The notes beneath the pieces were generated by a model. The model was not told the DNA's origin, ran no database searches, and saw nothing but the letters and a program-made list of their open reading frames with translations. This document shows positions 1 through 10,400 of a stretch of DNA of 30,694 bases, in pieces. The stretch is from Chthoniobacterales bacterium (GTDB lineage Bacteria; Verrucomicrobiota; Verrucomicrobiia; Chthoniobacterales; Terrimicrobiaceae), in assembly GCA_038214335.1 (NCBI GenBank), contig JBBQRY010000001.1:1-30694 (forward strand). The letters run 5' to 3'. The number at the start of each line of letters is the position of its first letter. Position 1 is the stretch's first letter. The position numbers and the translations under genes were made by a program.

Positions 1-190
1 CGCATGGCACGGGGGATAATGCCTGCGGATGCGGGCGTGACAAGCCCTGCGTGCTGATTCCCAACCGGGTCTCGGGCCTCCTCCCGGTCGAGGTTGTCCT
101 AATAATAGTCGTGCCACGGGAATTCGGTCTTGCTGTATTCCTCGGATGTCACAGTTTGCCCGATCCTGCAAAACTGCTAGTCTGTCGTCG

Positions 191-1606
191 ATGAAAGCCG
201 CTTCTCCCACCGCCGCCCGTCCGGGATACCGCTTAGAGACCGATTCGATGGGTGCCATTGAAGTTCCTAATGATCGCTATTGGGGCGCACAGACCGCTCG
301 TTCGCTCATCCACTTTGATATTGGGAACGATGTGAAGCCGCCGGAGTTGATCAAGGCACTTGGCATTCTAAAAAAGGCCTGCGCCCTCGCCAATCGCGAC
401 CTCGGCAAACTTCCGTCGGAGAAATGCGACCTCATTGTGCGGGCAGCAGACGAAGTGATCGCTGGGAAACTCGATGAGCATTTTCCCTTGCGCATCTGGC
501 AGACCGGCAGTGGCACGCAAAGCAACATGAATGCGAATGAGGTCATCTCCAACCGTGCGATCGATTTGGCAGGCGGCGAAATGGGCAGCAAAACTCCCGT
601 GCATCCCAACGACGATGTGAACATGTCGCAGTCCTCAAACGACACCTTTCCGACCGCCATGTCGATCGCCGCTTCCTCAGTGGTGGTCGAGAACCTCCTG
701 CCCGCCGTCCAACAACTGCGCGACACGCTGGAGCGCAAGTCGAAGGAGTTCCGCACCATCGTCAAAATCGGTCGGACACACCTCCAGGACGCGACCCCGT
801 TGACGCTCGGCCAAGAATTCTCGGGCTACGTGGCACTCATGGACAATGCCTCTCGCGCCATCGAACAATCTCTCGACGGCTTGCGCGAGCTGGCGGTGGG
901 CGGCACCGCCGTCGGCACCGGCCTCAATGCCCCTCCAGAATTTGGTGATCGGGCTGCCGCACAAATCGCTGGTCTGACCGGGCAGCCCTTTCGCTCCGCG
1001 CCAAACAAATTTGCCGCGCTCTCGGCTCACAATGAATTTGTGGTCGCCAGCGGTGCGGTCAAATCCCTCGCCTGCGCGTTGATGAAAATCGCCAACGACG
1101 TGCGCTGGCTGGCTTCGGGTCCGCGGTGCGGCATCGGCGAACTCACCCTTCCCGCGAACGAACCCGGCTCCTCGATCATGCCAGGCAAGGTCAACCCCAC
1201 CCAATCCGAAGCCATCACCATGATCGCTGTCCAAGTGATGGGCAACGACACCGCCATCGGCATCGCCGCGTCCCAAGGCAACTTCGAGCTCAATGTTTTC
1301 AAACCGGTCATCATCCACAACTTCCTCCACTCGGTTCGCCTCCTCGCCGATGGATGTCGGTCATTCGACGAACATTGCGCTCAGGGAATCGAACCCCACC
1401 TCGCAACCATCGCTGGCTACGTGAAAAATTCCCTCATGCTGGTGACCGCACTCAACCCGCACATTGGCTACGACAAGGCAGCGCAGATCGCCAAGAAGGC
1501 CCACAAAGAAAACACTGGACTCAAAGAGGCCGCCGTCGCCCTCGGCTTCCTCACCCCGGAACAATTCGACGAATGGGTCATCGCCGAACGCATGACGCAT
1601 TCTTAG
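191..1606 (+). CDS. fumC: Class II fumarate hydratase
   Basis: Signature [11 protein letters not shown], plus [22 protein letters not shown] and N-terminal [21 protein letters not shown] 191 is preferred over 146 because similarity begins just after it. Confidence 0.97.
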   Translation: MKAASPTAARPGYRLETDSMGAIEVPNDRYWGAQTARSLIHFDIGNDVKPPELIKALGILKKACALANRDLGKLPSEKCDLIVRAADEVIAGKLDEHFPLRIWQTGSGTQSNMNANEVISNRAIDLAGGEMGSKTPVHPNDDVNMSQSSNDTFPTAMSIAASSVVVENLLPAVQQLRDTLERKSKEFRTIVKIGRTHLQDATPLTLGQEFSGYVALMDNASRAIEQSLDGLRELAVGGTAVGTGLNAPPEFGDRAAAQIAGLTGQPFRSAPNKFAALSAHNEFVVASGAVKSLACALMKIANDVRWLASGPRCGIGELTLPANEPGSSIMPGKVNPTQSEAITMIAVQVMGNDTAIGIAASQGNFELNVFKPVIIHNFLHSVRLLADGCRSFDEHCAQGIEPHLATIAGYVKNSLMLVTALNPHIGYDKAAQIAKKAHKENTGLKEAAVALGFLTPEQFDEWVIAERMTHS

Positions 1607-1640
1607 AAGGTCCGGGGGTGTTGCAAAGCGGGTGGAAAAA

Positions 1641-1890
1641 ATGAGCGCGGCCACAAATGACAACCTGGGCGAAGTCTTTCGAGCGTTCCTCAAGCCTGGG
1701 ATGATCTCGTTTGGCGGTCCCGTTGCGCATTTGGGCTATTTTCACGAAGAGTTTGTCGTGAAACGTCGATGGCTCGCTCTTCATTGGCGCTTTGATCGGC
1801 TGGTGGATTTATCGCATTGAGGCTCCGCCCAATCCGGCATCCCACAAACTCCATCTGGGTGCCCATCTTATTGCGGGAACCTGCCAGTAG
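1641..1890 (+). pseudogene. chrA: Chromate transporter (ChrA) remnant, internally deleted and frameshifted
   Basis: ATG 1641 gives EVFRAFLKPGMISFGGPVAHLGYFHEEFVVKRRWL, the ChrA N-terminus. From 1771 another frame reads GSLFIGALIGWWIYRIEAPP, resembling the mid-protein helix, and stops at 1890. Confidence 0.8.
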
Positions 1891-1923
1891 TCTCGACCCC
1901 CTTTGCGCGAAGCCTTTGAAGTA

Positions 1924-2295
1924 TCACACATTTTTCGCTTCGGGCTGGACACGCAGTCCGACTCGTTCCGCAAGCGCACGCTGACGGGAATCGAAGCTGA
2001 CGAATACCTCCGGAGACAGTTGGATGGCGCAGGCAACATGCAGCACGTCCAGCGTGCGGCAGCCCAGTTCCATTGTGTGAACCGAGAACTGATGGAATGT
2101 ATCCATGAGCATCACCCGGTCGATTTCTGGAAAGTAGTAGAAGCCCTGCTTCCTGCGGCGCTGAAAAAGCGCCATCTGTTCCTCCGCTGCTTCAGGTTGG
2201 ATCTCTTTCCAAGGTGGGGAGGCCTGGAAACCTGGCTTCGAACCCGGAGTCGGATTTTGCCCGCGAATGAAGCGAATCAACGCGAATGAAATCAA
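1924..2295 (-). pseudogene. PIN-domain (VapC-like) ribonuclease, N-terminus missing
   Basis: C-terminal GCRTLDVLHVACAIQL...FVSFDSRQRALAERVGL is typical of PIN/VapC. The N-terminal acidic motif is absent, the first codons come from a short repeat element, and no antitoxin ORF is visible upstream. Confidence 0.72.
2261..2295. repeat. Short triplicated GCGAAT motif (9-10 bp period)
   Basis: CCGCGAATGAAGCGAATCAACGCGAATGAAATCAA, with GCGAAT at 2263, 2272 and 2282. Confidence 0.6.
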
Positions 2296-2542
2296 TGAGA
2301 TGAGGAAGGGAAGGCGTAAATAAACCGGTCTTCTGATTTGCTATTCCAAGTTCCTTACATTCGCGCTTTTCGCGATATTCGAGGGCCTCTTCTGCTGTTT
2401 TCTGGCTCACGCCCGGTCGCAGCCGATCTTTTCGGGAAGGCGGGGAATGGCGACGTGACGCAGAATCAGGTCCTGGATGGCGACGGGTTTTTTGCAGGCG
2501 AAACAATCTGGCGAATCAGAGTTTTTTGTCTCAGGCTGGGGG

Positions 2543-3115
2543 CTATGCCTTTCGATGCTGAAGAATCTGGGGGTCTGCGTGGCGGAGGTTGCAGGTTGCG
2601 ATGATGTGGCGGAGGAGGACGAGGGAGGCGATGGCGTCGCTGCGGGCGTCGTGCCAGCGGAATCCCTCGCAGCAAATCTCCGGTTGGCCTTGGAGGCCAA
2701 GGGATTCGATGACTGCGCCGAGGGAGTGGGAGGGCAGCGAGGGAAACACCGCCCGGGCGAGGCTCAGGGTATCGACCCATGGGCCGAATCCATGGAAGGG
2801 GAAGGCGCGCAGGAAGCGTTTTTCGGTCGCCGCGCCGTGCGCCACGATCCAACATCCGGTCATGTTGTCGCGCACCTCCGGCCAAAGCTCGGTGAGTGAG
2901 GGAGCGTTGGCAATCATGTCATCCGTGATCCCATGCACTTTGCGCGCGGCCCAGGTGACGGGGTTGTTGGCGCACACGTAGGTGGAGAGTCCGTCGGTGA
3001 TCTCTCCGTCGAGCAGATGCACCACCGCGATTTGCACGGGCTCGTCACTGCGTCCGGGTGCCGATCCCGCGCCCTCGAAATCAATCCCTGCAAACCGTGT
3101 CTCGGCGATGCTCAA
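2543..3115 (-). CDS. DEDDh 3'-5' exonuclease (DnaQ-like)
   Basis: ExoI GIDFEG, ExoII VAHGAATEKRFL, ExoIII HDARSDA, and VHGITDDMIANAP. Probable TTG start at 3115 overlaps the TGA of the DAHP synthase gene. Confidence 0.88.
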   Translation of the reverse strand: MSIAETRFAGIDFEGAGSAPGRSDEPVQIAVVHLLDGEITDGLSTYVCANNPVTWAARKVHGITDDMIANAPSLTELWPEVRDNMTGCWIVAHGAATEKRFLRAFPFHGFGPWVDTLSLARAVFPSLPSHSLGAVIESLGLQGQPEICCEGFRWHDARSDAIASLVLLRHIIATCNLRHADPQILQHRKA

Positions 3116-4176
3116 GTCCGCAGCAGGGCTTCGGTCGTTTCCCAATCCAGGCAGGCATCGGTGATCGAGACGCCGTATTTTAAATCGGCGCGCGAAGGGC
3201 TGAGGGGCTGGCTGCCTCCGTGGATGTTGCTTTCCATCATGGCCCCGATGATCTCCCTGCATCCTTCGGCCCGCTGGCCGAGAATGCTCTTCCAAACCTC
3301 GGGTTGCCGGAAGGCGTCCTTCCCGGAGTTGGCATGGCTGCAATCGACCATGAGCGAGGGCAGGAGTCCAGCTTTGGAGAGGGCCGCGCACGATGCGGCA
3401 ATCTGGTGCGGATGGTAATTCGCGCCCTCGCGTCCTCCGCGCAGCACGATATGGCTGTCGGGGTTGCCTGCGGTTTTGATGATGCTGGTTGCTCCTTCTT
3501 GGTCGATGCCAAGGAAGCTGTGCGGGGCGCGGGCGGATTTCATCGCATCCAGTGCGGTTTGGATACTGCCGTCGGTGCCATTTTTAAAACCGACCGGCAT
3601 GGAAAGTCCGCTGGCCATTTCGCGGTGGGTCTGAGATTCGGTAGTTCGCGCACCGATGGCAGCCCAACTGATCAGGTCCGCCGTGTATTGGGGCATGATC
3701 GGATCAAGGAACTCGGTGCCTGCCGGGAGCCCGAGATCCAGGAAATCGAGCAGCAACTTGCGGGCTAGGGCAATGCCGTGTGCGACATCGCACGAGTCGT
3801 CGAGGTGCGGATCATTCAGCAGTCCCTTCCAGCCGATGGTCGTGCGCGGTTTCTCGAAATACACGCGCATGATCACGTAATACTTGTGAGAGACTTCCCT
3901 GCTCAGGACCGCGAGCCTGCGGGCATAATCCAACGCGGCCTCTGGATCGTGGATCGAGCAGGGGCCGACCACGACGAGAAGCCGGTCGTCCTTCCCATGG
4001 AGGATCGCCCGTGCGGTATCGCGGGCCTCTGTGACCAAGCGTAACTGGGACTCGCTCGCCGGAAGCTGCTCTTTGATTCGGGCCGGTGTGATCAGCCGGG
4101 AAACCCCGACAACGTGGAGATTGTCCACGGGCTCGGGGGATTTCGGATTCTCGGATGAAGCTTCAGTCGTCGGCAT
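3112..4176 (-). CDS. aroG: 3-deoxy-7-phosphoheptulonate (DAHP) synthase, class I alpha (AroF/G/H type)
   Basis: VVVGPCSIHD, MRVYFEKPRTTIGWKG, IGARTTESQTHRE, FKNGTDG, VDCSHANS, YGVSITDAC. The feedback-specific paralog cannot be determined. Confidence 0.95.
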   Translation of the reverse strand: MPTTEASSENPKSPEPVDNLHVVGVSRLITPARIKEQLPASESQLRLVTEARDTARAILHGKDDRLLVVVGPCSIHDPEAALDYARRLAVLSREVSHKYYVIMRVYFEKPRTTIGWKGLLNDPHLDDSCDVAHGIALARKLLLDFLDLGLPAGTEFLDPIMPQYTADLISWAAIGARTTESQTHREMASGLSMPVGFKNGTDGSIQTALDAMKSARAPHSFLGIDQEGATSIIKTAGNPDSHIVLRGGREGANYHPHQIAASCAALSKAGLLPSLMVDCSHANSGKDAFRQPEVWKSILGQRAEGCREIIGAMMESNIHGGSQPLSPSRADLKYGVSITDACLDWETTEALLRT

Positions 4177-4365
4177 AAGCGGCGGAGCATCCCGCATTTG
4201 GTCGGGGTCTGCAACTCTGAGGAGGCGAAAAATTTACGGGCATGACAAAATGACACCCAAAAAAAGCGCGATCTCAAAGGTGGTGCTCAGAGTGGTATCT
4301 GAGTCTTTGACTGGATCCGCTCTGACCAGCCAGCACCTAAACTCCTGCGCTCCAGGGCGCAAAAG

Positions 4366-4461
4366 CTAGGAAACCGTGGAGGCATGCCGGGTCCGCCACC
4401 TGATGAGCCCCAGCACCATCAACGAACTGGCCAGCAATCCCCATGTGGACGGCTCGGGGAC
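4366..4461 (-). other. PEP-CTERM protein-sorting signal (exosortase substrate)
   Basis: VPEPS, then a hydrophobic helix, then basic RWRTRH at the extreme C-terminus. Confidence 0.92.
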
Positions 4462-7400
4462 GGCTGAGTAATTGAGGAGGAGATCATTGCCTCCGACACT
4501 CATGCTGAACGTGCCGGAATACGGATTACTGAATCCTGCCGTGCCGTTGTTTGCTGCCACATGAATGGCAAAGTTTCCTGCAGAAAACCCGGTAATCCCG
4601 CCGGTTGTGGCTACGAGCGTCCAAGAATAGCTGTTGGCGTCGTCGAAGTTGAGCGCGTCGCCGTTGCTGTCCGGTCCGACCGCCGAGAGGCTCCAGAGGT
4701 TGATGGAGAATCCACCGGTTGTCAGGCTGGCCAGGTCAAGGCTGCCGGTGAGGGAAATTGTGTCGTAACCTGTGCCAGCGGCTGCCGTGGCATCATTCAA
4801 CTGCCAATTGAACCCTCCCCCACCCTGCCACACCTGCGAGCCCGTGGAAAGCGTCCCGGGACTGTTTCCGGGAGAGAGCGTGCCGGCAACGGTCACCAGT
4901 CCATCCGCCGTGCCCGAACCAGCAAGCGTTCCTCCGGCGCTGACCATCACGCTATTTCCGGACGCCAGAGAGCCGTCGAGGACAAGGGTTCCCGAAGAGA
5001 TCGTGGTTGTTCCCACGAACGTGTTGGCGCCAGTCAGCGTCAGCGTGCCAGCGCCTGTCTTGACGAGTGCTCCGGTCGTGGTGCCCTCTGCTGAGATCAC
5101 GCCGCTGACGGTGGTGGCATGGTCGCCGGTGAAGGTGAGCGTGCGGGTGGTGGCCGTGCCAAAGCTCACCGGACCGGAAATCACGAGGTTTGCAGAGGCG
5201 GCATCGACCGAGGCATCGCCTGAGAGTGCCAGCCCGCTCGCAATTGTCTGTGTCAGTGCCGATTCGTTACGGATTGTGCCATAGGTTGTGATCGTGTTGT
5301 TGCTGAGGATCAGGGCCTCAGAGCCCGATTGGAAGGTGATATCACCCGCGAGCCGGTCGGTCTGCGTGTCAACGCTTGCCGCATTGGAAGATGTGAACGA
5401 CACCGCCGAGCCACCTGCCGCAGTGGTTCCGACCGCCCAGTTGGAGTTATCTCCCCATTGCCCGTTGCCAGCTACGTTGTTCCAGACGGCGGCTGAGGAG
5501 GATGCCAGAAACATGAGGTTCTGCGCAGTGGGGTATGAGAACGTGCCAGAGAGACCGGAGATGTTGGATTTGAACGTGAGCTGGTCAGCCGGAACGCCAC
5601 CGCCAATACCGCCGCCTGAGGAGGTTACCAGCGTGTAGTTTCCCGAGATGGAGAATCCCTTATCATTAAAATAAAAGGAGATGCCAGTGCCCAAGCTAGG
5701 CGCATTGGCCGTTATGATCCGGTCCGATGCGGTGGCTGCGCCGAGGTCCATCAGCAGTGTGGCGTTGCCGCTGGTGATCAGATTGCTCACGTTCACCGTC
5801 TCAATATTGTTCGCATTGCCCGGGCTGTAGGTGGGGGTTGCGCTGCCGCCGGTCAGGGGGCCGAGGTTGACCAGTGTGGCGGCCATGCTTCCCGAGGCAA
5901 ACGTCCCGCTGGAGATATTAACTTGCGCGACATCCGTGACGGCTCCGGCGGCGTAGATGGTGCCCGGCCCCTGGATGATGAGGTTGTTGCCCGCTCCGGC
6001 GAGAGCGCCTGTGAGAGAAAGCGTTGCACTATTGGACGCCAACGTGGTCTGTGAGGTGAGGGTGATCCCACCTCCGTATGTATTATTGCCGGAAACGTTT
6101 TGGAGTGCCCCGCCGGCATTATAGCCAACCCCGCCGACGCTGAGGTTTCCCGTCGCGATGTTGATGTCACCCTGGAACTGGAGTCCGCCGTTGGCGCTGA
6201 CCGTGGTATTCCCCGAGCCGAGAGCGGTATTGCTGGCGACCGTTAGAAACGTGCTGCTTCCGATGCTCGTATCTCCGCTGTAGGTGTTGTTGCCCGAGAG
6301 CTGGAGCCCCCCGGAGGCCGTTGTGGCAATGCCTCCGGTCCCGGTGATGTTACCCGATAAAACGATCGGCGCTGAACTGCTGGACGAGGTGAGAGTGTTG
6401 CTGCCGAGATCCACGGCTCCTGAGAGGATCAGTTGGCCGGTGGAGGAATTGATGAGAGAATTTCCAGCGAGAGTGACATCGCCAGCAATCGTCAGTGCGT
6501 TGCTCGCATTGTTGTTGATCGCACCCTGGTTCTTGGCGCTGACGACAACGCCTGTTCCGTCGAGGGAGATTGATGCGAAGGGCACGGCCTGGGCGGCTTT
6601 GCTCTGGATGCCGAGCTGAAGGGTGCCGCCCGAGGCGACAGTGAGCGCGGATGCGCTGCCCAGAGAGTTTGTGCCGAGAGCGTTGAGGATACCCCCTTGG
6701 ATGGTGGTCGCGCCGGTGTAGCTGCTGCCATTCCCGCTGAGATTGAGAGTTCCCAGTCCGGTTTTTACGAGACCACCCGAGCCGGTCAGATCGCCGGTGA
6801 GGGAAGTCGTCGCCAGGGCATTTGCACTCCCGATCGTCAGTGTGTGGGTTCCGACGCTCACGGCTTTCGACAGGGTCAGGTTCGTGGCTGCAGCACCCTG
6901 GATCGAGGCATCACCGGCAAGCGTGACGGTGCCGTCCCAGGTGGCGATGTTCGAGGCCAGGAGGAGTGCCCCGCTGCCCGCGACACCGGTGCCGCTCAGC
7001 GTCAGGGACTCTCCAGTCACCGTGAAGTTGCCGGTGGCATTGATCGCGAGCGAACCGTTGTTCATCACGGTCGTGCCGCTGGTTGTACCACCAAGGACGG
7101 AAACGCTGTCCATGAACAATGTTCCCTCATTGATCGTCGTTTCGCCGAGATAGGTATTGGCGACGGTTGTTGCCTGCTTAAGGGTTAGGTTTCCTGCGCC
7201 ATTTTTTGTGAGGCCGCCGGGGCCTACGATCACGCCGTTGATCGTGACATTATTTCCATTGGTATCGATGATGCCCGTCGAGTCCATAATCAGATACCGG
7301 TACTGGGAGGAGGCAATATCCCCGGAGGCCTGGAGGGTGCCGCCGCCAAAAATGAGGGAATTCGGGCCCTGATTGCCCGGGCCGACGGGACCTGCGCCAC

Positions 7401-10400
7401 TGCCGAGCGCATCGCCGGAATTTGCCGAGACAACGCCGTCATTGATGGTCAGCGTGCCGTTGAACGTATTGTTTCCGGTGAGCGCAAGCGTTCCGGCGCC
7501 GGTTTTTAGCAGGCTGCCGCCGAAGGCCGGACCGTCAGCGATCACGCCGGTGACGGATGTGTTCTCCGATCCCGAGAAGGTGAGGGTTCCGGGCAGAGCG
7601 CCATTGTTGCTGAGAGCGATGCCGCCGCCGACGGCGAGGCTTCCGGTATTGGCAGAGAGCGTGCGGTCGGAGTTCAGCGCGATGGCACTGTTGATCGTCT
7701 GGGTATTCGACGAGTTGTTTGCCAGGTTGCCACCGAGGACGATCGTGTTGCCGCTGATGGTGAACGCGGACGCTCCCGCAGCAAAATTGATGGCCCCGGT
7801 CGTCTGGTTCCCGCCGGTGGCAATATTGGTCTGGCTTGAGCCGGCAAACGTGAGGTCGGCTCCGGTTGCGGGGACGTTGCCGCCCTGCCAGTTGCCGGCA
7901 GTGGTCCAGTTTCCATCGCCCCCCGAACCATTCCAGGTGCCGGTGACACCGGCCTGCGCGGTGAAGGTCAGGTTTCCGCCCGAAACGCTGAATGTTCCCG
8001 TGAGCCCGGCAATGTCAATCGAGGCAAACGTGAAAGGCGGGCTGGAAGGATTGAGCGGGGCATTCCACTGCACTCCGGAAATCAACGTAAAGCTGCCCGG
8101 GCCAGCAGTGAAGCCAGCCCCTTTGAAGAGGAACGTCGTGGAGTTCCCCAGATCGACGATGCTGCCGACCTGAATTTTGTCTGAAGTATTCGCCGCGCCG
8201 AGGTCCATCAGAAACGAACCGGTGGAAGTGCCGCTCGACGCGATGAGCTGGGAAACAGAAATCGTATCGATGGTTCCGGAACCGCCGGGGCTGAGCGCGC
8301 CGCCATTGATCGAGACCGTGGCATTCATACTCGCCGATTCCAAAACGCCCCCGTTGACGGCAACCGTGCCGGTATTGGTGTTGTTCCCGAGAAGCGCCAG
8401 CGTGCCAGAACCGACTTTGGTGAGGGTCAAATCCCCCGAGACCGGGCCTGAAACGCTCATCTCTTTCGCTGCGGCGTTGTTGCCGATGTCGAAGGTCGCG
8501 CTCGTGGTGAGCGCGAGACCGCTGCTGATGGTTGCTGCGGAATTTCCAGTTCCGGTAAAGAGAATGGTGCTGCCACTTGCGATGGAGAGCGTGCCGTCGC
8601 CGGTAATGCTGCCGCCGCTCATCGTCAGGTTTCCGGAGGAGGCATTGAAGGTCTGCAGGTCGAGCTGTCCGTCGGTGCCGATCGTGATGCTGGTTCCGGG
8701 AATCTGGTTATCGGCGAGAAGGCGAACAACCGCGCTGTTGGCTAAACCGGTGTTGTCACCGATCACAAGGTTTCCGCCGTAGGCGGCACCGGATGTCTTG
8801 CCGAGAGCGAGAACACCGTCGTTGACCGTCGTCAGCCCAGTGTAGGTATTGGCGGAATTTCCGCTGAACGTCATCGTCCCGGTGCCGGCTTTTGTGAACG
8901 AGCTGACGGCGATGGATTCACCGATCGCTCCGGAAAAACCGACATCCACGGAATTTGTGAGGGTGAAATCCTTGAACATCACCGTGCCGCTGCCTTGGGG
9001 GATATTGCTGCCGGTGAGGGTTACCGGCCCGCTGAACATAAATCCATTTGTGCCGCTGAAGGTCGTATTTCCAGCGATCACAAGCGTATTGGCCAGCGTG
9101 CGATTACCGCCGGATGCCTGGAGGATGGCGTCGAGCGCACCCGCCTTCCCGAGAGCCAGGGTTCCTGTGCCTGCGACCTGGTCGCTTCCGAGGACGAGGG
9201 TGCCCGCCTGATGCTCAAGTCCGCCGGTGAACGTGTTGTTGCCGTTGAGCGTGAGGGTGCCGGACCCTTTTTTCATCAAGGAACCGCCAGCTCCGGTGTT
9301 GTTGCCGTCCGCGATGATCCCGCTGACGGTGGAGTTTTGGGTTCCGGAGAAGGTGAGGCTATTCGGAGTCGCTGAGTTTTTGAGCGCGATCGCTCCTCCG
9401 AACATGAGATCGCCAAAGGCAGCGGTCACCGTGCTGTTCGAGCCGAGGGTGAGGTTGGTGTTGATCGTCTGGGTTTTACTCGACGAGTTCACGATATCGC
9501 CGGTGAGGGTGATCGTATTGTTGGCAATCGTAAAAGTGCCGGCCGCATAGTTGAAGGCGATGCCCGCCACGCTCCGGTCGCTGCCGGTATCGACAGTGAC
9601 CGTCTGGGTGTGGTCTCCGACAAACTGGACCGAGGCGTTTCCGGCCGGGACCGCGTTTCCGATCCAGTTCCCTGCGGTTCCCCACTGCCCGTCGGTGGCA
9701 CTGCCATTCCAGATCGCGGTCGGGAGGGCTGCTGTGCCGTCCGGGTTGATTGTCAGCAATACCTGGGTGTTGGCTGTGAGGGGATCGGCCGTGTTATAGT
9801 AAAGCAGGTTGTTGCCGAGGCGGTCCTGCAGGGGAAATCCGTAGCCGGTGGTCAGCGGGTTCTTTCCGCCGGTGAGACTTGCCGCATAGCCATTGTAAAA
9901 GAGCGGGTTGGATTGAACGTCCGAAAAGTAGATTTGCTGACCGGCAGGCGTGTTGACAAAGAGGATCTGCTCACCTTCCGGAGTCCCGTTTGCGATCGTT
10001 GTCCCATTGACGTTGGAGGCCCCGCTTGCCCACCACTGGGCGCTCGCCAACTCACCGATGGCTGTGCCGTTGAAGAGGGTGGTGCTACCGACGTATCCGA
10101 AGCTCAGCCCCGCATAGAGGTCGCCGACAACCTGCCCCCACACGTCGTTGCTGATTCCCACCTGATCATGGCTATAGCCGGGAGAGGTGATCGTGTAATC
10201 GCCATTATTTCCGTAAATGCCGTCCTGCGAGTTGAGGGAGGCGTAGGGGATGTAGATCGTGGCCGTGGAGCCCACGCCCGATGCCGTCGAACTGCCCAGC
10301 CAAGCGACATCCGCATTGCCGGAGAGGGGACCTGCCGTAAGGGTGATTCCCCCGGTGGCCAGGTCACCCGAGAAAGTGCCCGTGAAGTCATAGGTCTGTC

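Noticed and set aside
2222-2252. tRNA T-arm-like GGGTTCGAAGCC on the minus strand (possible att scar)
   Set aside because: The stem has a mismatch, no acceptor or anticodon arm follows, and similarity to the two tRNA-Ser 3' ends is weak.
4280-4340. Possible RNA structure (CTCAGA/TCTGAG, GGTGCT/AGCACC) upstream of aroG
   Set aside because: The stems are short enough to arise by chance in GC-rich DNA, and there is no aromatic-rich leader peptide or T-box motif.
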